Shown one piece after another: positions 52,615-63,361 of a stretch of 63,900 nt of DNA. Numbering within the stretch: the stretch's first letter is position 1; each line of letters begins with the position of its first letter. The DNA lies in assembly GCA_048013815.1 (NCBI GenBank), contig CM106586.1, forward strand, positions 1,984,001-2,047,900, read 5' to 3'. Source of the stretch: Setoptus koraiensis. Its lineage: Eukaryota; Animalia; Arthropoda. The notes under the pieces are model-generated. The model saw only the letters and a program-made list of their open reading frames with translations, was not told the DNA's origin and did no database searches. The position numbers and the translations under genes were made by a program.

Positions 52615-52993
52615 AATAAAATAAAGGACACCTTTCATATAGGGTGTCCAACAACTTTTGAGTTCTGCACAGAAATAAAAATACATTGAATACAATACGG
52701 CGTGCATAGAGCATGAATTTCAACTGCCGCATAAAGCGCTCACATCTATATTCGAAATACAATCGAGTGTAGCACAGTGTATACATTGGGGTGCGAATAA
52801 GTGCTTTCCCCTTGCGCGCTGCCGATAGGTGGCGTGCGTACAGGGCGCGTGTGCAATGTGTGCTGTTGTTGTTCAATGCTAGTCTTGTTAAGAACTGACA
52901 AGGAACACTCACCATACATGACGCGCCGAACGAAATGAATCATATGTATTCTTACTAAACATGACTCTCTGAGTTCGAAAATGATAATCATTT

Positions 52994-53903
52994 TGGTTGT
53001 TGTAGCGATTAGGTCCCCACTCAGATCTTGATGAAACTCCTGGTGCGGGTCCCCCTTGACCCTAATAGGATGGAAAAAGTGGTCCGGAAGTGCGGAAACT
53101 TCCGGTTCCGGTTTTACAAAAAGTTGAAGCTAGAGCTCCAAGATTCACCATAGAGACGTTTCAAGCTACGCTGAACACGATGACATAATTTTCAGCTCTG
53201 TGCGACTTCCGGTTTTCGAGATATAGAGATATTACTAGGGTTAGAAGACCGGAAGTGACCAAATTATTGCTTCGCTGCGCTCGGGGATGCACATGCGGTG
53301 TGTCTGAGAACTCGGCCTGCGGCCTCGTATTCTGGAGGCCGTCACATCTCCGTCGTCGCTCCCGCGACGACTGCGTGCGACGGAAACCCTTCGGGTAGAG
53401 TTGATGAGCGCTTCGGGTATCGGGCTGCGCCCTCTACCCTCCGCTCACATGACTGCAATCCATGCACAGATGTATGGAGAAAGACGAAAAAAACCGACAA
53501 AAAATGAAAACAAATGGGACAAGAGGATATGGATAATTATTTTATTTTTATTATATCAATGTGATGACTGATATATGACCCAATACATGGTGTTGCTCAC
53601 TCTATGCACAGAATGGGTCCGCTGACCGCATCCGCACAGACCCGGCCACACCTCTTAATCAAATAAACCTTGATATCTCTTAAACCGGAAGTGATGGGAG
53701 ATCGATTTTGATTTCATCATTCTCCGCTAGGTGTCATCTACTAGATTCTGAAATTTCAAAGCTCTATCTTGATATTTTTGTATTTCCGGAACCGGAAGTT
53801 TCCGCACTTCCGGACCACTCAACTCGTAATACAGGGCCCCTACGGGGCCCATGTGTGAAGTTTCATCGAATTCTGAGTGGGGACCTAATCGCTACAACAC
53901 CCA
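52994..53903. mobile_element. Non-autonomous foldback DNA transposon (~910 bp)
   Basis: A 28-bp perfect TIR core (52998-53025 / 53872-53899) extends imperfectly to ~41-45 bp. A 34-bp perfect subterminal inverted repeat lies at 53078-53111 / 53786-53819, with further symmetric ACTTCCGG/CCGGAAGT motifs. Confidence 0.85.
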
Positions 53904-54095
53904 TTCAATTTGTAAACAGCAAGTATTATCGCATGCTAATTTTTACTAGTTAGCGTCTCAGCCTTCACTGTATAATTGTTTCCTAATGACTCCGCCTTCT
54001 AGCTTTCCCTGTACTAACAAACTAGATAAATTTAGAACGATGAAACCTACGAGAAGCTTCCCGACGCCTTCGCTCTACTAATTTTTTCTAGAAAA

Positions 54096-55110
54096 ACAAG
54101 TTATACTGATTATACCAGTATAAGAGCGCTTAATTTTTCCGGTGAATGATCTTAGAGGTTTGGACAGTTTATAAAGTAGTGAAAAGTGCTAGCTGCCTCT
54201 AGGAAGTTTCAAGAATTTATCCTGGTGAGAACAGTTTTAAAAATTGCACATACTGTGGAGGCACATGTCCTCAATGATGGCCGATACCGCCAATACTAGA
54301 AACAGAAAATTGATTAGACTCGCACAGATTATGTATTAGACAGTGCTAGCTGTCTCTAGGAAGTTTCAAGAATTGATCCTGGTGAGAACAGTTTCGAAAA
54401 TGCACGGTACTGTATGGGCATATCTGATCAGATATCACAAACATTGTATGAGCTCACATGATCCGGGATGGCAATTAAGCTGTAGCTTACTGTGTATTAG
54501 GGGGTGGAGCCACTTAAGTCTCAAACTAGTGTGTAGCCCACCGTGTGCTGAGAAGTTGGAGTGACTTAATTCTCAAACTAGTGTGTAGCTTACTGTGTGC
54601 TAGGGAGTAATGACTCAAGTCTCGAACTAATGTGTAGCTTAATGTGTGCAAGGGAGGAAGAGTGACTTAAGCCCCGGTCCACCTCCTCACTATACATGAG
54701 CCCGAGACTCAAAATTCAATCCACCTCCCTAGTAAATGTGTGTTTGGGAGGTGGACGAACTTTCGAATCTCAAGCTTGAGTGTACCTCCCACCTCCCAAG
54801 CACATTTCAGCCTACACACTCACTTAGCACTAATTATACTGGAGTTAATGTATGCAAACACACAGCGCGTGACTCTCAAGATCAAAACTGTGAATATCCA
54901 CAAATGAATCGGTACGTGAATATTCACTGGCATACAAAGTCTGAGTGTTCACAAGCACACAGCGCGTGAATCACCATAGCACAATTGGTGAATATCCTGT
55001 GAAATGCACAAATTTGGTATCCACCATCATACCGTGCGTGGATATCATGCGTGATTTATAGGATCCAACAACACTACATCCTAAGCCCTTAATTGAAATT
55101 AAGCGCTAGA
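54096..55110 (-). mobile_element. Helentron-associated non-autonomous element (HINE, DINE-1-like), copy A
   Basis: 13-bp subterminal inverted repeats AGCGCTTAATTTT (54125-54137) and GAAATTAAGCGCT (55095-55107). The 5' subTIR has an adjacent inverted partner (AGCCCTTAATT, 55084-55094). A 3' stem-loop TTATACTG-N7-CAGTATAA (54101-54123) is followed by a T-run on the minus strand. Internal 157-bp and ~50-bp tandem repeats. Confidence 0.8.
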
Positions 55111-55112
55111 AA

Positions 55113-56375
55113 TTAATGACAATCGAGATATGGATAACGAACCGCCAAGCATTGATGATACGTAACCATAAGAAAACGTAAATGCCCAAACCGGCATAAA
55201 CGTAGACGGTAACAACAATCAAGGCATAGGCAATGTCATTGAAGCGGCTAGTCAGCGATTAAATCAAGATGATTTAACACGCAAATGTAATGAAATACGA
55301 GAACGAAATCGTAGATGTAAATCAAAGAAAGTAAGAGACAGACAAGAAAGGGGCCATAAACATGCCCGCTTCTGGGACAAAAGATTGCAACAGTGTAAGA
55401 ACAAGTTCATAACTGTTAAGATCAAGTACAAGAAAGAACTTCGGCAATACCGAAGGGAGTTGTTGAAATCCCAGGAGAAGGATGCCCTACAAGAGAGTTA
55501 CATGGTACAAAGAGCTGACGAAGTCAGACGTGCAGAATGTATATACAAACGGGAACTCGAAGAGACCCGTACGTGAAAATTCAGAGATAAATGCGACATT
55601 AGAGAAAACTCTAACGCATTTAATCAGGTATATAAAATTGTATTTAACAAATACAATAGAGAGACAGCTCTGACTAATATCATTCATCCGACTAAAGGTA
55701 TGCTTACCAAGCCGGATGAAATCACGCAACATATCATGGAAACTAGTTTTGCTGATGACGTCATAGAAGAAGATACACCTGAGCAAAGCGAACGTAGGAA
55801 ACGCGTCAACGATCTTGACGAGATTGAATACATTCGCTGGCAAGATGATATAGACAGACCATTAGGCCTGGTGACGTTAAACAATCCAGTCATACATAAT
55901 GTAGACGGAAGCCAATATGAACATATTAATGATCTAGGAGACCCTCTTGGACCACCAACACTTGAAGAAGTTACAAGTGCCATAATGAGATCTTCTAGTG
56001 GCAAAGCCCCTGGTCAAGATGGCATCATGACTGAAATTGTCAAGTATCAAAAAGAGACTATCGCTCCCATCATGAGAGTGATAATCGAGAAGAGCTTAAT
56101 CATTGGTTACTTCCCCACACAATGGAAGAGAGCCAATGTAGTCATGATACCGAAGGCTAACAAAAGCCAGCAATATGCAAATGGTTGGAGGCCAATATGT
56201 TTGCTAAACGTATTGGCAAAAATCATGGATAAAATCATGATTGAAAAGATCCTTGACCATGTTGCCAAGTCAGGTAACCTGAATCCCAATCAGTACGGAT
56301 TTTCACCTAGAAAGTCCACTGTACACGCTGTATGGGATGCAGAGCAGACAATTATCAGGAACCGAGATAAACACC
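55113..56375 (+). pseudogene. Degenerate non-LTR retrotransposon (LINE, R1-like by inference) ORF2 fragment: linker plus N-terminal RT, truncated at both ends
   Basis: KAPGQDG, FPTQWKRANVVMIPK, WRPICLLNVLAKIMDK and QYGF..RKST motifs. In-frame stops are present (e.g. TGA at 55574), and homology ends before the RT catalytic motifs at ~56375. Confidence 0.9.
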
Positions 56376-58746
56376 CAAGGGAATGATCCCATTTATACAT
56401 CCGGGTGGTACAGCGCAGCCATAAATGGTCCTAATAGCCATAATGAAGGAAACCCGACGGGCCAGATACTCATCATAGAGTTCGGTCCCAATGTATCCTT
56501 GGGAGACGCGATCGCGCTTTCTCCGGTAAGGCTCGGGCATGCTTTTGTCACCGTCGACACGGACGGGACGGCGACCAGGGTCGGCTTTAGCTTGGCTTGC
56601 GGTGGCCCATATGTGGCCGGCGTGAGCACGGGTGTTGTAAAAGGCAACCCAGTTTTGCCCAACGACTATTATATAATCCAAGTTGGCATTCTTAAATGGG
56701 TGCACTGGTGCAGGTTCGTGGTCCCGGGCTATGGGAGGTGTCCAGTCAGAGGAGCAAACGCCGAACCGGGCCAAGCTGTCTCCTTTGAGGGTACGACAAC
56801 GTGTCCCGAGGTCATAATAGTGAATAAGGGCCTGATACATGAGGATCCTGTGGGTCCTGGAACCATTGAAAGGGAATCGGGATATCTCAAGAGGCATGTT
56901 TTGGATAGGAAAAACAAGATAATGGGGACGATCTTGGTGTCCTACGGGCTCCACCATGCGGCGCAAAGGCTGATTGAGAGATCGATAGCCGAACCAGTCA
57001 AGCTTTGCTGGCGGCTGGCATATCCTAAGGTCAGTTATAACCTGACGTGTAAGCAGAAAACAGCGTGGGGCACAGCCTGGAAAATAGACGGAAAGCTGAC
57101 CGTCGATAACTATGGGGTCCGTTTTGCGAGGCTCAGGGTAAGTATAGGGATCCGAGAGAAAAATTCGAGCGGCCGGTCTGGCGTAGGTTGGATGACAAGT
57201 CAGAGAGGTAGAACTCTGAGTAGTAACCGGGACAGAAAGAGCGACCTAGAAAACATAGGTAAAGGAAGAGATCGTGTAAAAGATTTATTATTATTGATGT
57301 TGCGGAGATTGGTCCGGCAGGATACTGCGGACAGCTCTTTCACGCTCGACACAATTCTGGCAGTCTGCCTCATAGGAGGTAAGATGGTTGCAGCCGAATC
57401 CTATGGTGTTGAACAATTGACTCACAGTAGAGGAGGTCTCCGAAGTATTGAGAATGTCACGCGGAGTGAGGGGGCAGTGTCGGCCCGGGTTACAGCAGAC
57501 GTCTCGGCCGGATGAGGCTCGGATGTGGCGTCTCTGACAGGTGTGTTTTCGTCATTTTCGGTGACTTGCGGTTCGTCGGCAACGGCGGACGGCGTGACTG
57601 GTGATTCGGTAGCAGTAATAGGTGGATTGGCCGATGGGTCCTCAGCAGTGATAGGCTGTGGTGCATCAGCATCGGTGCGTGGCCCGGTGGTCGGCTGATC
57701 GGTGATAGCGGGCTGAATAGATGGTGGTGGAGGAATGACCTCTGCCCCGCTGATAATAGGCGAATATGTGATTGCAGGGAGGGTGAAAGCCTGAGTAATA
57801 GGGGGAGGACGAGGGGTCTCGTTGTCGGAGTCGGGATATTCGGAAGCCCGGTTGGACTCGATGGTAGTGTTAATAGATGGGCTAGTTGGGTCGGTGAAGA
57901 ATCGACGCGGCACGCCGGCGGAACTAGGGGTTGGAGGAGCCGTGGTTACAGGGGAAGTCTCGGAAGGGGAAGGCCGGGCCGGGGTACTGGTGAGGTTGGC
58001 GGAAGGATTAGGGTTAGGAGGTGCCTCAATAGCAAGAGGGGTGATGTTGACAGTAGTGCGAGATGTGGGGGTGCCGGCAGGAGGAGGGCGCTCGGAGATT
58101 ACAGCAGAATGGACAGGCGGCTGGTTATGAGGAGGACGGGTGTCCTCGGACCTGGGTCGTCGATGATCGGGTGGTGGCAAGGAAGGATGCCCGCTGGAGG
58201 GAGAGAAAGCGGCCTCGGGGTGAGTACAGCGCCAACGGAAGGCCGCAAGCATCCTGGCGAAGTTGTCTGGATCATATCCAGGGGCAAAGTTGAAGCGGGA
58301 TTGCGGCGGATAAATGAATCTGTCGGGAGTATTGTACGCTGGAAAATTCGGGTGAGGGGGCAGGAGCCTTCGCAGCAGCAAAGAGACTCTGGCTTGATGC
58401 CAGGTCCGGAGTTGGGTTGGGGCGCACTGCCCGGTGTAGAAGTACCAGAGTACTTGTACGAACCCGCTGAGAGGGTCCACTGCGGTACATCCATAGAGCT
58501 CGTCTCGGCGGCGTTTGATGAGCTGTTTGAACCTAGCCTGTGCTTCAAGGGCAATTTTGCCGAAGATGTTGGCACGCTCAAGGTAGGCGACCTTGTCCCG
58601 AACCAACAGGTCGGGTCCCTGATTGACGCTGGAAGGAGGGCTAACCCAGGGCCCTATGGGGGGTTCATTCCTATAGCGCCGGCTTCTGGGATGAAGGTCG
58701 AGGTGAATATCGGCTTGATGAAGCTGCGGCAGCCATACCTACATAC
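56355..58746 (-). other. Unidentified GC-rich coding segment truncated at both ends: ORF A (open 58738..57422), probable intron 57425..57246, ORF B (open 57245..~56375)
   Basis: Both frames are open well upstream of the listed TTG starts. There is a GTGAGT donor at 57425 and a polypyrimidine tract plus TAG acceptor at 57246. No recognisable family. Confidence 0.6.
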
Positions 58747-60644
58747 ACAAGTTATACTGATTGTACCAGTATAAGAGCGCTTAATTTTTCCAGTGAACAA
58801 TCTTAAAGGTTTGGACAGTTTATTAAGAAATGATAAGTGCTAGCTGTCTCTAGAAAGTTTTTCAAGAATTTATCCTGGTGAGAACAGTTTCGAAAATTGT
58901 ACATAATGTATGGGCACATGTGATCAGAAATCACATGTATTGAATGAGCTAACATGATCCAGAATTGCCTATAGCGCCAATACTTGAAACAGAAAATCGA
59001 TAAAACTTGCAAAGATCGTGTATGGCACAGTGCTTGCTGTCTCTAGAAAGTTTCGAGAATTTATCCTGGTGAGAACAGTTTCAAAAATAGCACATAATGT
59101 AATACTTGCACGAAATGTTTCGAGCAACATGCACAACACATACACGCAGTATCATCAAAACGGATAGGTGGGAACATGTTCAGAAATTGATGACTATACA
59201 TGAAATCCGTAATCCGAAATTTTTCTCTGTCTCGAAAAAGACCTATTGATGGCTGATCATACTTGCACAGAATGTTGCGAGTAACATGTAAAACACACAC
59301 ACGAAGTATTATCAAAACGGATAGGTGGGAACATGTTCAGAAATCGATGACTATACATGACATCCGTCATCCGAAATTTCTCTATGTCTCGAAAACGACC
59401 AATTGATTTCTGATCATACATGCACAGAATGTAGCGAGCAACATGTACAACACACACACGCAGTATCATCAAAACGGATAGGTGGGAACATGTTCAAATA
59501 TCACGATATTCACATGTGATCAGAAATCAGATGTATTGAATGAGCTTACATGATCTAGAATTGCCTATAGCGCCAATACTAGAAACAGAAAATTGATAAG
59601 ACTTGCACAGATCGTGTATGGCACAGTGCTTGCTGTCTCTAGAAAGTTTCAAGAATTTATCCTGGTGAGAACAGTTTCGAAAATCGCACATAATGTATGG
59701 GCACATGTGATCAGAAATCACATGTATTGAATGAGCTAACATGATCCAGAATTGCCTATAGCGCCAATACTAGAAACAGAAAATTGATAAGACTTGCACA
59801 GATCGTGTATGGCACAGTGCTTGCTGTCTCTAGAAAGTTTCAAGAATTTATCCTGGTGAGAACAGTTTCGAAAATCGCACATAATGTAGAGACACATGTG
59901 CCACAATATGGCCTATAGCGCCAATACTAGAAACAGAAAATTGATAAGACTTGCACAGATCGTGTATAGCATCGATCCACCTCCTCACAATACATTAACC
60001 TCTGCATGAGCCCGAGACTTAAAATTCAATCCACCTCCCTGAAATGTGTGTTTGGGAGGTGGACGAACCTTCGAGTCTCACACTTGTATGTAGGTTGTTG
60101 CATGCTCAGGAGGTGAACTTATTGTTTAAGCTGAAGCTAGTCCACCTCCCAAGCATGAGTCACCCCACGCTATTCGGAGTAGCTAAACCTATCTCGTTTT
60201 AGCCCCGGTCCACCTCCTCACTATACATGAGCCCGAGACTCAAAATTCAATCCACCTCCTTAGTAAATGTGTGTTTGGGAGGTGGACGAATTTTCGAGTC
60301 TTAAGCTTGAGTGTACCTCCCACCTCCCAAGCACATTTCAACCTACACACTCACTTGGCACTAATTATACTAGAGCTAATGTATGCAAACACACAGCGCG
60401 TGACTCTCAAGATCAAAACTGTGAATATCCACAAATAAATCGGTACGTGAATATTCACTGGCATACAAAGTCTGAGTATTCACAAGCACACAGCGCGTGA
60501 ATCACCATAGCACAATTGGTGAATATCCTGTGAGATGCACGAATTTAGTATCCACCATCATACCGTGCGTGGATATTCATGCGTGATTTATAGGATCCAA
60601 CAACACTACATCATAAGCCCTTAATTAAAATTAAGCGCTAAAAA
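58747..60644 (-). mobile_element. Helentron-associated non-autonomous element (HINE, DINE-1-like), copy B
   Basis: Same termini as copy A: stem-loop at 58752-58774, subTIRs at 58776-58788 and 60627-60639, inverted partner at 60616-60626. 60201-60640 is nearly identical to 54670-55108, and the central tandem array is expanded. Confidence 0.8.
58838..59960. repeat. Tandem array of 191-bp units (plus ~155-bp units) inside HINE copy B
   Basis: The anchor GTGCT(A/T)GCTGTCTCTAG occurs at 58838/59029 and 59626/59817 (period 191). A second unit containing ATCAAAACGGATAGGTGGGAACATGTTC occurs three times between 59130 and 59500. Confidence 0.9.
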
Positions 60645-60704
60645 TAGCACTGATTTGTTCTGTCACGTGAATAAACGTAGTCATAATAACCACCCCAATA
60701 GCAA

Positions 60705-60729
60705 CTTAATTAAAATTAAGCGCTAAAAA
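60705..60729 (-). mobile_element. Isolated extra HINE 5' terminus
   Basis: CTTAATTAAAATTAAGCGCTAAAAA repeats the copy B 5' end 85 bp further along. Confidence 0.6.
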
Positions 60730-60991
60730 GTTTCACGGCCCTGCCGAAGGGCAAAACCGAACGCCGTCTGCCGACGAAGACTACCCAGACAACGACCAAT
60801 TAAACGAGGAATTCGAATTGATCGACATGGGCCCGGACGATGAGGTCGAGCGTCAGGGCGGTACAACAGATCCAGTGGCCGAACAACAACACGCAGCAGC
60901 TAGCGAATTGGCCGAACGGCAACGCAAAGCAGCCGGCGAAGCGACCGAACGGCAACGCGAAGCAGCCGGCGAAGCGGCCGAACAAACACAC

Positions 60992-61194
60992 TGTTGGAAT
61001 ATGAACTGTACTGAGTACGTACAGTAACACATGAAGTACCATTTATTACAAGCTATACATTATATATATATTGATTAGTGTATTGGTATACACTTTTGTT
61101 TGTACATTGCTCATACATTGCTTATACATTGCTTATACATTGCTTATTCGCTGTTTACTGCACTTGCGCATACCGACACTACTGTTTTCTAACA
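60992..61194 (-). mobile_element. 3' LTR (203 bp) of an env-bearing copia element
   Basis: On the minus strand it reads TGTTAG...CCAACA, preceded by the polypurine tract CTGAGTGGGAG (61205-61195). It contains AATAAA (61047-61042) and an 11-bp tandem repeat. Confidence 0.9.
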
Positions 61195-61215
61195 CTCCCA
61201 CTCAGGAGTGTCGGT

Positions 61216-63360
61216 CTAATTCTCATTATAGCTCTCATAAACCTTTGCTTTACCAAATGATCTCATTGATCTCGAGGCGAAGGATGGCTCTCTTGCGGCT
61301 CCTGCTTGAGATATAATGTCATTGATTGATCTCGGGTTATCATAGATTGCGTCTAACTCGATTAGGCTGTTGACATTGTCCACACGTTCCAGCTTATTTT
61401 TCTTTGCAGCATTGTAATAGCATACCATTCCAATGATTATACTTACCAATATTGCTGCTGCAAAAGCTGTCACTATGACAATCGTCCCTGTCATTTGGAA
61501 TGACACTGTTTTGATCTCCTCACCAGTTACTTTAGCTTTAATACTGTATCTAAAATTGACATGTGATCTGTCACTGCTAAGGATAATGCCACGCAGGATT
61601 GTATTTTTAGGTCGTAAATTAGCTAGTTCTTTGTAGCCTGACAACTCGCTGATTTCGTCTACTGCAAGCTGACCACGATTGCACTGATTCAGGATGGTCT
61701 TGTATGTCGCTACACCACCAAGAATCTCACTATACAAATCTAAGGATGCTAGGATTGCTCTTGGCATGCTGCTAGCAGCATCTTCAACTTCTTGTTGATG
61801 AGTTCTGCTGGTCTGACTTACTTCATTTATCTTACTGATGGTCTCATTTCTAAACTTTTCATTCTGTCTGAACAGTTTCTCCGTTTCTAGCTTAACCTCA
61901 GAGATGAGTTCCTTAGCAGCATCTTGATTAGGCAAAATTTCTTCCGACGACAGGAACTTACTAATGACAAAGTTAGTTGCTCCAACTCCAATAGATTTCG
62001 CTATGTCAGTTCCTATGCCTCTTTTTTCTAAATTATGAGCACATCTTCCAATATTGTCTAGTAACGGAGTGAATTTGGTGTGGTATTGTCTGTTACATTC
62101 TTTCAAGAGTTGAGCTTCGACAGTATCACAAAAGCAGCTACATATACCATGCGTTGTGAAGTGAACCGGATGATAATCGGTGTTGTTCGACAACACATTG
62201 CATGGGTTATTGATGTAGACTGTCAACTCAAACACATCGGCGGTTACTCCCACTGTTCCCGCTACAATTAATGATGTTAGTAATAATAGGCTCTTGACTC
62301 CCATCATGTCTCTTAAATTCACAAACTGATTTCTAGCTAACGGTTTGGTTAATATATCCGCTATTTGTCGTGATGTTTCAATATACTTGACTTTGACTTT
62401 CTGTTCTTCTATGGCTACACGAATAAACATATATTTAACATCAATAAGTTTGATCTTTGTATGTATCTGTTGATTAACTATTAGTTTTATCGCACTTTGA
62501 CTATCTAAATATAGATTGATAGGATTTGTCATTTCTCGACCAAGCTCACTTAATAACTGTCTAACCCAAATGAGATTACTACAAGCTAAGCTAGCAGCGA
62601 TGAATTCAGCATTTGTGGTTGACGTTGCCGTTGTCGTTTGCTTTGTTGAACGCCAAACTACTGGTGCTCCATTGAGCATGACAATTATACCACTAGTTGA
62701 CTTCTTCGTATCTAAGTCTCCGGCGAAGTCGGAGTCAGAGTAGGATTCAAAGTGAAAGTTCTCACCCTTATTGTAATGCAATCCTATGTCTGATGTAGCT
62801 TTCAAATATCGGAAGATCCTCTTCACTCCCGCCCAGTGGGATGGCTTGACACAATCAGCATAGCTGGCTAATTTTGACACTGCATAGCTTATGTCTGGTC
62901 TTGTGCCATTGCTTACATAAATGAGGGATCCAATTGCTTCTTTATATGGAACTATAACTTCTTTCTCCACGTGATCTAAGGACAAACCATTTTTGCAATA
63001 CTTTTGGTTGTGCTCCATAGGAGTGGATGCATCCTTAGCGTTGCTTAACTCAAATCTTGCGATCATCTTTCTTATGTAGTAGCGTTGATTGACAATCATG
63101 TCTCGATTTTTTCTGTCTCGATAGATTTCCAATCCAACGAAACAACTCGGATCCATAATGGACACCTCAAATTTCGTCTTGAGGAAGTTGGTTATTTTAT
63201 CCAGCAGTTGGATATTATTGCTACACACTAATCCGTCATCTACGTACAAGACTAATATAAGGGTGATCTTGTCTCTATCATCCTTTCTTACCATGATGCA
63301 ATTATCTTTGTACAACGGCTGCAGCTCAAATGTCTTCAGAAAAGAAACAAACGTACAGTT
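61216..63360 (-). CDS. Ty1/copia pol C-terminal part (RT, RNase H) fused in-frame to an env-like membrane glycoprotein; 5' truncated
   Basis: RT LYVDDGL and PYKEAIGSL.Y....RPDI; RNase H YSDSDFAGD....STSG and ADILTKPL. These are followed without a stop by a hydrophobic signal-like segment, a Cys-rich segment, EKR|GIG, a heptad region and a TM helix. Confidence 0.92.
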   Translation of the reverse strand, partial: NCTFVSFLKTFELQPLYKDNCIMVRKDDRDKITLILVLYVDDGLVCSNNIQLLDKITNFLKTKFEVSIMDPSCFVGLEIYRDRKNRDMIVNQRYYIRKMIARFELSNAKDASTPMEHNQKYCKNGLSLDHVEKEVIVPYKEAIGSLIYVSNGTRPDISYAVSKLASYADCVKPSHWAGVKRIFRYLKATSDIGLHYNKGENFHFESYSDSDFAGDLDTKKSTSGIIVMLNGAPVVWRSTKQTTTATSTTNAEFIAASLACSNLIWVRQLLSELGREMTNPINLYLDSQSAIKLIVNQQIHTKIKLIDVKYMFIRVAIEEQKVKVKYIETSRQIADILTKPLARNQFVNLRDMMGVKSLLLLTSLIVAGTVGVTADVFELTVYINNPCNVLSNNTDYHPVHFTTHGICSCFCDTVEAQLLKECNRQYHTKFTPLLDNIGRCAHNLEKRGIGTDIAKSIGVGATNFVISKFLSSEEILPNQDAAKELISEVKLETEKLFRQNEKFRNETISKINEVSQTSRTHQQEVEDAASSMPRAILASLDLYSEILGGVATYKTILNQCNRGQLAVDEISELSGYKELANLRPKNTILRGIILSSDRSHVNFRYSIKAKVTGEEIKTVSFQMTGTIVIVTAFAAAILVSIIIGMVCYYNAAKKNKLERVDNVNSLIELDAIYDNPRSINDIISQAGAAREPSFASRSMRSFGKAKVYESYNEN

Positions 63361-63361
63361 C

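Noticed and set aside
52638-52802. Tc1/mariner-like terminal stubs (TATAGGGTGTCCAACAACTTTTG; TACATTGGGGTGCGAATAAGT)
   Set aside because: No matching opposite ends or transposase are visible in the window, so no element can be delimited.
53280-53420. Hammerhead, HDV-like ribozyme or 5.8S rRNA fragment
   Set aside because: GAAAC..GUA is present, but stems I and II and the CUGANGA placement do not fit any hammerhead type. The HDV P3/L3/P4 elements are absent, and the 5.8S resemblance is limited to a few short words.
56337-57515. 392-aa plus-strand ORF (and 58109..58774) as real genes or an ambigrammatic narnavirus
   Set aside because: The ORF starts inside the LINE fragment and crosses the junction, no RdRp motifs are present on either strand, and the splice signals support the minus strand. 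Long antisense frames are common in GC-rich coding DNA.
54343-60500. Short ORFs inside the HINE copies (e.g. 54736..54969 and 60267..60500, near-identical)
   Set aside because: Their duplication simply reflects the repeated non-coding element; they have no coding signature.
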